Assembly (NCBI GenBank): GCA_020891255.1
Contig: BQFW01000010.1
Location: forward strand, 496,001 to 560,000
From: Entomortierella parvispora E1425
Taxonomy: Eukaryota; Fungi; Mortierellomycota
Length of the DNA stretch: 64,000 bases
Direction: 5' to 3'
The first letter of the stretch is position 1. Each line of letters begins with the position of its first letter. Of the stretch, positions 47,190 through 56,620 are shown piece after piece. The notes beneath the pieces were generated by a model. It had not been told where the DNA came from and searched no databases. It saw only the letters and a list, made by a program, of their open reading frames with translations. The translations under genes and the position numbers were made by a program.

Positions 47190-47480
47190 TATTACAGACA
47201 ACATGTTTTTGTTGACAATACTACATTCCTCCAATTCCTGGAATGGCTGGCTTACTATCCTCCCACGAAAAGGTCTTTTCGGCAATGTGGAGGTACTTCT
47301 TAGTGTCCCAGCAGTAATAATTCTGTCCACCAGTGTAACTGTTCACGCAAATCCTTGTTGTGTGTTATCCTTACAGTGTCTGTCAGCATAAAACGGAAGC
47401 GTAAACAAAGTAAGTGGGTCGATTTGAACTCGGGCTAACAATTATAATAGGGCCAGAAAGCAATTTGATCTTAGAGTACT
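47190..47480 (-). ncRNA. Candidate Fanzor omegaRNA region
   Basis: The region lies directly 3' of the Fanzor ORF and has three consecutive hairpins at 47190-47293. The position matches known Fanzor/TnpB loci. Confidence 0.35.
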
Positions 47481-50400
47481 TACATAACTCAGACAGATAT
47501 CCGCGTCCGCTTCGGCATCTGCTTCGATGCGAGGGGAAAATTTTTGGTATCCAGGTGGTGACGCACTGGTGTCTGTTGTTGTTGGGCACGCCCAAGCGGG
47601 GGCCTGTGGGTCGAACGGCGCGATTGGGCGGCGTTCTGGTGAGAGCAGGAGCGAAAATCCTGCCAAAGCAATGTTCATCGATGCGTTCGTGTCTCTTCCT
47701 CTCTGTGTGTATCCGCGCCTGAATGCAGCACAATCTGGATTAAAACACTCGACTGCCCCATGTAGCCGGACCAGCTTGTGGATGCCTCTTCGCCACCGTC
47801 TCCCTCTTGCAAGTCGAAGCAGCTGAAAGCATAGCGGGCACGTCTGTGAAGAAAGATGTTCGTTGGTCTTGCAAACCGGAGAGGAGCACATGTGCCTCCG
47901 AGGGATTTTACTACCACCCATTTTAGCGCGACCCTTTAGACGGGAGCCTACGCCAGAACCAGCGGCGCCGTGTAAGAATAAGGGTATTACTCTGGGCTTG
48001 GTCTTCGGACAATCGGTAACGTGCTTCAGGATTAGGCGACGTTTGGAGGGGTCTTGTGGATCTGGGACAAGCTCGGGTCGGTGGTGTGTATTGCAAGAGG
48101 TGCACTGTCCGTTCTTCTCTAGCTTTTTCGTGAACGCATCTTCACCTATTTTCAGAAAAGTTTGCAATTAGTACGATGTCGTTTGTCGTTGTATCTCACA
48201 AAAAAAAAAAAAAAAAAGCAAGACTGAAGACTAAAGACTAAAGACTGAAGTTGCAAGTTGCACGACTTACCGCAAGGTTGCTTCCCGAACGCTTTCCTCT
48301 CTTCAGCAGCTGCCCTGTCATATGTGCGTTTCAGCTCGAGTTCTCCTCTTCGGCGGCTGTTCTTCATTTTTCTTGACTGTTCAAAGCCTTGAAGAGTCGT
48401 GCGAGTCCCTCTCCGGATTGTCTGGGCTTGCTCAACGTCCTGGATGCAATGCGCTTTTTTAATGGAGTTCTCGGCCAGCAGAGAATGGGCGTCCGACACG
48501 GCTCTGTTGGATGAAATCAAGCGACGTCGTTTCTCTGCCCTCTTATTCAATCCAGCATGGTGGCGTAGCTGCTGAGTGGTTGTCTGGTGCGCATCAGGGA
48601 ACTTCATACTCTCAAGTGACGGCAGTCCATCGTCCGGGTCCTTTCCATCCGCCAAGACCTCAAATCTGTTCCGAAGTTTGATGAGCGAAGCCATTGGGAC
48701 TGGGACGGTGTTAAAAAGTATGTGGGACCCTGGGTCCGTTCCCCCCGGTACAAGTTGCACTTTGCGTGCCGTTGGATCTGCATTGTTGGCGTCAATATCG
48801 CGTAGAAGTGTGCTGATATCAACGGACTCGGTCTTGTTCATACAGCCCGGTCGGCTCAATGTTGGGGTGGTCATAGTTGGAGCGTCAGGTTGCTCCCTGT
48901 CCTTCTTTTTTGACGGTGCTGACAAGGAGGATTTGCTGTATCGGTCGTAGTCGTACTTCTTCTGCCGCAACCTTTTGAGGGCAACTTTTTGCGGAATAAT
49001 TTGACGTCGTATGTCGTAGAGCTCTGGCCGATCCTTGTTCAAGCAGTCCTCGACCTCTGCGCTTTCGTCGGCCATGTGATCGTCTCCTTTGAGCTGCTGG
49101 AGTTCTGATTTGTATTTTTTAACCGATAGCTCTAGTTTTGCTGCTTGGCGATTTAGACCCTTCATGTCAATTTCGCTGTCCTTAATCGCTTCTCCCAACT
49201 CTGCCGCTCGTTCCTTGGCCGTAGACTTGTCCAACTTGGACTCTTTCAATTTCAACTGTCGGAGGTCTGCATCCGATGGTTGCCAGTTCTTGCTTGTAGC
49301 CTTTTTGCCTCCTTTCTTTTTCGTCAAGTCCGAAGGTGCGCCTAGTTTTGTTTTACGCCCCAGGATCCGTACAGTCTGGTGGTCAACAAACATCATCCTA
49401 CGATCGTTTTAAAGTTCGATAGAAAATGAGGTGCGTTAGAAAAAAATGCTCTGAAAGTACCATGCCTCTCTTCACCAGCTCTGCATCGCTTACCTGTTCG
49501 CAAACTCGAGTCCATGTGCTTTGCAAATGGAGCTTACTGTCTCCATTTTGAAGAACGCGGCAAAGATCAGAGAGGAATGATCGACTGCTAGCTCTGGTTT
49601 GGAAAGTAACTCTCCTCGCTGGCTGTGGACGTCAAAGTGTCCCTTGTCAGGACAACATAGGACTTGTGTCAATCCTATCGATCCTAAAGGAATGGCATGG
49701 ATGCTACCCGCAGACGAGATGGGAGAAATCTCTCTGGTGAAATCTTGAAATCCCATTGCTCGTAAAAGTAGATTTGCCAAGTAGACGAATGGTCCCGTTG
49801 CCATTATGTGCCGTGGAATATGGCCAGATTGATCTTTCCTCGGGGCAAATGGGCGAAGCAGGTTAACGATTCCTGCCGCGACTTTGATCTCGTCGTGCAG
49901 GAACTTGTGGCCCGTGAACAAGTAAGCGCGGAAGTCATCGTCCGTGATCACGGTCGGAAGATCCGCTTCTGACAAGTCCAGCAGTTTGCAGATGACTACT
50001 TCCAACCCCTTCACGTGCTTCGATGTAGGTTCAGCTTTTCGCGCTATCATGAGATGAATGAACGTGTTAATACTCTACTCACCGAGTACAAATACAGTGG
50101 CCACACACCATCACTGTACCTTGCTTGGCCTGTTGTTCGTTTACTGTCTCACTGACCTCCAACTCAGCAACAACTTCGTCGAAGCCATCCTCATCGTCCT
50201 GGTCGTAGAACTCGTCTGCCCCACTGCCATCTTCCTCCTGGCAGTCAATCCCATCTAACTCAAAGCCAACCTCAAATTCCTGGTCGTCGATCCCCTCTGC
50301 GTCCAAGAGATCGTGGCCTCCCTCGGTGGGAGCAGCAGCTGATTCGGCGTTGAAAGGAAGTGGTCCGTTCCCAATCAAATAGAGCAGCTTCTGGACTCTA

Positions 50401-52897
50401 GAGACACGGGAGCTTGGGGTCAAAGAGACCATGCCGTCGGAAAGCGAAGGATGTTCGACTTCCACATCGGTAGCTTCAGACTCCTGATCCCGCACGTAGA
50501 GTGTCGATCCTGACCAGTGCAGTTCACACTTGTGGATTGTGTGGTCAAGCTGATTCAGCAGGCTGCGATGCCTCCTTCTCGCCTGTTTGTGTCTGGATCT
50601 TGGTATCGACTTTCGTCGCTTGGCTTCCTTTCTCTTTTCTTCGGCCATTTTTTGCTTATACTCTCTAAACCACTTCTCACTCAAAGGGCGAAGATGGATC
50701 CTGACAAGGTATCGAACGACTGCCTTCTTGACGTGACCATAAATGTCCCCGCTCCAAATGTTTTTCATATTTGTCGCCATGGTCCGGATCATCTCGTTTT
50801 TCACCTGGCCCATCCCCTGCGGCGCTTTAGTGTAGTCGATGGTGGTGGTTGTGGTTTGCTGTACAATAGACGCCAATGTGTCCCAAGCTGGATGGACCCT
50901 TCCCTTACTGGTCTTTGCACCACCGACATCCTTGATCTCAGTATTGTCGTCTCCATCATCTTCCTGGTTATCTTCCTCCTCGTCATCTTCATCATCAGCA
51001 GGAGCAATATCCCCACTGTCCAGCTTTTGCTTTTTGGGCGGAGGCTCGGAAGCCGAGGCTGTTGAAATAAGTCTCGAAGAAAGATGTTGGATGGTTGCCT
51101 GATCAAAGAGGTTGAGGAGGTCGGAGTCGATATCGCTGTCGTGGTCTTTTGTCTTCACAAACTTTGTCATAAAAGTGCTGGAGACAATTCCTATCGATAC
51201 GACCGGGTTCTTCTCGAGAGAAAGATCCCTTATTTTAAAATCTTTCGGAAGGAACGACTTCAAATCGACGTTTTCCGACTGCGTGTGCAAAAGTCCCTGA
51301 CATGTCTATAGTTTGGTCAAGCAAAGAAATAAACCAATAAGTAACATGACGAGATAATAGAGCAAGCCGCCAGTCTCTTACCACTATTGCCGCTTTCCGG
51401 AGTGCAACTTGCACTTCGTCGATATAGTTGGAGACTCTTGTCTGCTTGTCCGTAAGTATCCTCTCAGCTTCTTTGTACATTCCTGGCCGGAGGATCTTTC
51501 CAAGGGATGCATCGCACATACGCAGCTCTTGCTCCTCGTCGGCTCCCTCCTTTGATGGTTCAGAGTTCTGAATGCTGCCTGATGAGGGGGACGATGAGGT
51601 GCTTGCTGGGGCTACAACGGATGCCTGAGTGCCATTGTGTTGGTGTTCCAGCACATAACCGTCCCAAATCTGTCGAAGTTTCTCTTCGGCAGTTTCCAAA
51701 TATACTTGTATCGATGAAAAGTCAGAGTTCTCTTCGCAGAGTCTGGCTTTAAAGGCTTGAGTCGTAACAGATCCCACGGGCTGACCAGTCTTAAGCTCCA
51801 TATCCCGCACAGCTTCCTGAACAATGTGTGGCGGAACCCGATTGCGCCCCAGTTCCCTCTTCTCTAAGGCTGGAAACTTCTGCTCCATCAACAAAGACAG
51901 GTCGGGCGGGCACGCAATCTTGCCTTTCATGGCCGTGTCGAAGGCTGTCTGTGCGGCGGCCTTCACAAGTCCTCGGAGTACGATCTCGCTAAAGTTGTTA
52001 CAATTGGCGGATTAGTAAGATGTGCTGGGTGCTCAGAGCAGTGTCTCAATATCAATTCAACGTACCATCTTTCTCTGATGCATTTCTTTCCAACCACAAC
52101 ATTGACAATGCCCTTGTCTTTGGTATGTCGAGCCCTTTTATGATCCCGGAACTTGGCGATAGGATTCAAAGATAATTCCGCGGTAGGAGAGGGTGTGGCA
52201 GTATAGACAGGTGTACACGACGCGCATGATAGAGGGGTGTAGGTTCGCACGCTTTTGAAAGCATCCACAGCCTCCAGCAGAACGATGGTCGAAGAGAAAT
52301 CGTTTCCATATTGTAATGCCATTGACCTCGTTGACAGCACTATGATGGTCAAACCAAGCTGTTGGGCGATAACGCGTAAAAGCAGGTTTGATGGTGGAAT
52401 GTCGATATTAGACTCGGGTGCAACCAGCTGGAAGGTTGCATGAACGGTTTTGTTCATCAGTGCGGCGATGTACGCGGAGAGAGTGTCGCTGGTTTCGTCA
52501 ACAACGAGGCCAAACTGCCGTTGGAAGATGTAGAGGGTTTTGTCGACGTTGTCGTTTAATGGAAAGCTGGCCCCGCCATCCCGAACAATACTCTCCGCTC
52601 GAATCTGGAGAGTTTCACTCTGCTGCTGTTCGTTCAAAAGGAGCGCGTTGGCTTTCTCCAAAAAAAGCGCGTCCGTAACGAATGAGAGTGCAACCTAATG
52701 GAGCAGCGAAATGCACAATCAGCATTGCGAAATCGGCTTTGCCATTTCATGACCTGGACTGACTTTAAGTCAAGTATTGGCAATACCTCTTCAAGGAACT
52801 CCATTTGCGTATCCCCAGAGTTCAATAATGAACCTGTCTGGCTGACTGTGTTCAAAGGGTCCAGATCAACGATCGACGACTCTTCTCCACTCTCCAT
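47442..52897 (-). CDS. Fanzor1-type RNA-guided endonuclease (TnpB/Cas12 homolog), 7 exons, about 1,634 aa
   Basis: RuvC-I GTDPG (D 48734-48736), RuvC-II TNEHLSSQTCPLC (E 47859-47861), ECFNPDC zinc finger and RuvC-III GRDTNASMNI (D 47691-47693). Exons 52897-52787, 52694-52066, 51988-51382, 51296-50120, 50043-49494, 49397-48271 and 48145-47442 all join in phase with GT-AG introns. Confidence 0.88.
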
Positions 52898-53078
52898 GCT
52901 GTGTATGTAGTAGTGCTTCTAGTAACAGTGCGTATGTGAGTGCTCCTTGTCGTGTATCTGTGTCTTTCGTTTGCGCGTTGGGCTAGGAGGAAAGAAACAG
53001 AGTTGTGCTCGTGGTCTTTTTTTTTCGTCTGAGATCAGTTTTATTGATCACATTGTGTGTCGTCACGTGGTTTCGTCT

Positions 53079-55491
53079 TTAGATGACTTCAACCATATTG
53101 CAGTCTTCCATTACGTTCGTCACACAGTTCCAGCACAATGAGCCAACTTGGTCCGTGATCGGTTGGTTCTGATCGACTCGAGTCTGGAAGAACTGGTTGA
53201 CACCACTTGCACCCCAGTCGCACTTGGTGACGGTAACCTTTTTACCTCTGCCGTTTTGGGTAATACACTGTGGGTCGTTCAGATTGTTGTTAGTGATATG
53301 ACCCAATCCCCAAAGGCCCTTGCAGGTACCGTTTCGTTGGGTGTTGGCACAGTCATCCAGCTTCTGGGCAATGGTTGTGGCATTGGTGTTACACTTGGCC
53401 AAAGCATCCTCGCATGCAGCCTTGTCGGCGTCACACTTGGCGGGATCCACGCCACCGTTCTTGCACGCATCCAAATCGGCCTGGCATTTGGTCTTGTCTC
53501 CAGTAGCCTCCGTGTTGGCGGCTTGGCACGACGCCAGACCCGCCTCACATTTGGTCCTGTCGATCACACATTTAAGGCTGTCATCCTTGCACTTGGGGAC
53601 GTCGGTCTTGTACGCGGCGTTAGCGACCATGCACTTCTCCTTGTCAGCAAGACACGAGTCTCGATCAGCTTCGCAGTTGGACTTATCGTCATCACCTGTC
53701 GAGGCGTTGCACATGTCCAAATCTGACTTGCACTTGTCGTTGACTGCATCCTTAATGGTGCCGTTGTTCTTGCAGTGAGCCAACTCAGAATCGCACACGG
53801 CCTTGTCTGCACCAGCAGAGTTGTTCTTGCACGAATTCAAGTCCTTGTCGCACTGGTCCTTCTCGGCATCGGATTTACCAAGATCTGTCTTGCACTTGGC
53901 CGTATCAGCATCATCAGCGGCTGCATCTGCTCTGCACTTGTCCCCGGTGGACTTGAGACAGGTGGCGTTGAACCTAAGTTGTTAGGTCAAAAGTTGTCAG
54001 TAAGATATTACAGGAATTCAAGTCGTGTTCGCAACCTATCCTTTGCCATTGTCAAAGATACTTACTTGCAAAGAACCAAGTCTGACTCGCAAGTGGGAGT
54101 GGTCTTCTTGCATTCATCATTTTCCTTGTCACACTTGCTCTTGTCTTCCTTGCACTTGTCAGTGTCTGCCTTGGTCTTATCACGGCCGTTGTTGCAGTTG
54201 TCCAGTTCTGTCTGGCAGCTGTCACCGCCACCAGTGCTGCCATTTGTGCACTGAGCCAGGCTCGTTTGACATTTCTTGTTGTCGGCATCGCAGGTGGCCT
54301 TGTCATCCTCGCACTTGGTCTTGGCATTGTCAATGCTGGTCGAGTTGAACCTAAAATGGTCAAGGTCGAAAGCGTTAGTAAGGCCAATTGGTTGTGGGAT
54401 GAAGCCATCTTTTGCGTACAGAGCTGTCAGGGTAAGCTTCGGTTTGAGAATAGGGGGGAAAACATACTTGCAAAGAACCAATTCGGACTCGCAGTTGGGG
54501 CGTCTGTTCTTGCACTCACTTTCCTCCTCGCACTTCTCCTTGTCCTTTTTACACTTCTCGTTATCAGCTCCAGCGGCAGTGTTGGTGTCCTTGCACTGGC
54601 CAAGATCCGTTTTGCACTTGTCATTGTTAGATCTAAGGCCGGTGTTGGTATTTTTGCACTGGTCCAAGTCTGATTTGCACTTATTGTTGTCCCTATATTG
54701 ATTAAAACAAGTATCAAACATAGCGTATTTTTTTTGGTTACCAATCATGTCGCCTCGAGTTTGCCCTTGCGATACTCAGTCATATCGTTGCCTTACCTGC
54801 ACGACTCCAATGCTGATTGACACTTCTCCTTATCATTCTTGCACTGGGCACCGCCTTGCCTGTCTTCGCAGTCCTTGATCTTCTGATTCGTGCCGTCCAG
54901 TTCTCCGGAAAGCTTGTCTTTTTCACTCTGGCATTCCTGAAGCTTGCGTCCGCAATCTCCAGCTCCATTGCAGGAGGCGAGGTTCGACTTGCAGGTTTCA
55001 GTCGTCTTGATGATTTCACCGGTGGCATCGCGAATCTCCTTTTCACGCTGCTTGCAGGCCTCCAGCTCCTTCGTGGAAGTGCCGTTCTTGCATGCCGCAA
55101 CCTCGGCCTCACTCGCTGCCAAAGCCATTTGGCATCGAGTACCACTGGCTATCCTCTCTCGTGCATCCTTCAGCCTCTGCAAGGCTGCGGCGTAGTCCGC
55201 CTCTGCATTAGTTGTGACGCCGGTAGAATGCAGCTGCAGGAGGGCAAGGGCCTCTCGCGAGTCGGCGATGGTCTGGAGCAACTTCTTGATATAGGCCTCA
55301 GTCTCGGCATCACACTTTCCTTTCGTGAGTTGATGGTGACCAGGGTGACGAGGATGAGAGTGGTGATGATGCTTTGAGGAGCACAAATTGCCAAACTCAA
55401 GGCCAGACCCCGGAGTTGAGGCGGCAGCTGGGTCTGCTGCCACGAGTGATAGATATACTATCAAGAGCAAAAACGCAAGCAATCGTCTCAT
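53079..55491 (-). CDS. Secreted Cys-heptad-repeat protein A with a shortened ricin-B-like C-terminal domain, 4 exons
   Basis: Signal peptide MRRLLAFLLLIVYLSLVAA, a coiled coil, repeats such as KCEADRDSC, and C-terminal CITQNG...TKCDW...QFFQ...SLCWNC. Exons 55491-54797, 54692-54468, 54350-54066 and 53973-53079 join in phase. Confidence 0.8.
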
Positions 55492-56620
55492 TGGAACAGA
55501 CTGGTTCTGATGGGACAATTATCTCTGATGGGGCAGGTAGGTCTTGAAGAAGCAAGGGAGTTCTGATGGATAAGGGTCGTGCCGATAGGAGAGGTTTGTT
55601 AGAGAAGCAAAAAGAGAAAAGAAGAGATAACGTTTTTATGAGGATTCATCATTTCACCCTTACCCACCCTTACCCAATGCTCGGGAGGATCTTCATTCCC
55701 TGAAGCGGAAAAAAAAAATATTAAAAAAAAAAAATCTCGGGGATGCAGGGTTCTTTGGTGTCACCCCGAATCACCCGAATCGTCGTCTTGACAAACCTAA
55801 AACGGAAAATGTTCGAGCTTCCGCCAGACGTTCATTCTTCCTCCTTGCGCCCCTTTGGTTTGTAAGGTCCTTCCGCTTTTCATGGTTGGAACCATTCTGG
55901 TGTGCGCTGCTCCCTGCATCCCATTTCCTCCTCGATTTGCGATGTTTTGGTCGACTTGATGAAAAAAAAAAAAATAAAAAAAAAAAATAAAAAAAAAAAA
56001 AAAAAAGATGTCGCCTAAAAACAGGGGCAGGAAGAGCCGTCAATGTGAGGAGAGAGGGGCAGAAAACTTGACAAGTGCTAAAGCTTCACCCTAGATTTCA
56101 CCAAGTCGAACCAAAACATCGCAAATCGAGGAGGAAATGGTATGCAGGGAGCAACACAGACCAGAATATTCTAACCATGAAAAGCGGAAGAAGCTTACAA
56201 ACCAAAGGGCTGCAAGGAGGAAGAAGGAACATCTGGCGGAAGCTCGAACATTTTCCGTTTTAGGTTTGTCAAGACGACGATTCGGGTGATTCGGGGTGAC
56301 ACCAAAGAACCCTGCATCCCCGAGATTTTTTTTTTTTAATATTTTTTTTTTCCGCTTCAGGGAATGAAGATCCTCCCGAGCATTGGGTAAGGGTGGGTAA
56401 GGGTGAAAAGATGAATCCTCATAAAAACGTTATCTCTTCTTTTCTCTTTTTGCTTCTCTAACAAACCTCTCCTATCGGCACGACCTTATCCATCAGAACT
56501 CCCTTGCTTCTTCAAGACCTACCTGCCCCATCAGAGATAATTGTCCCATCAGAACTAGTCTGCTCCAATGAGACGATTGCTTGTGTTTTTGCTGCTGATA
56601 GTATGCCTATCATTCGTGGC
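55440..56620. repeat. Quasi-palindrome (arms about 520 bp, spacer about 135 bp) forming the shared divergent upstream region
   Basis: About 55440-55962 is the reverse complement of about 56098-56620. It is near-perfect over about 55500-55826 versus 56233-56560. Confidence 0.95.

Larger units (their letters stand above)
47050..53050 (-). mobile_element. Putative Fanzor-carrying element. Boundaries were not identified.
   Basis: A Fanzor gene fills the interval between the LIM-gene promoter and the 3' end of the Cys-repeat gene. No TIR, TSD or transposase was recognised. Confidence 0.4.

Noticed and set aside
47442-52897. Bacterial or endosymbiont IS200/IS605 TnpB contamination
   Set aside because: The gene has six spliceosomal introns in phase, its size is far above TnpB, and it is contiguous with fungal genes.
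49490-52897. Separate transposase gene upstream of the nuclease
   Set aside because: No DDE, Y1, serine-recombinase or Rep/helicase motif was recognised, and the ORFs splice in frame into the Fanzor CDS.
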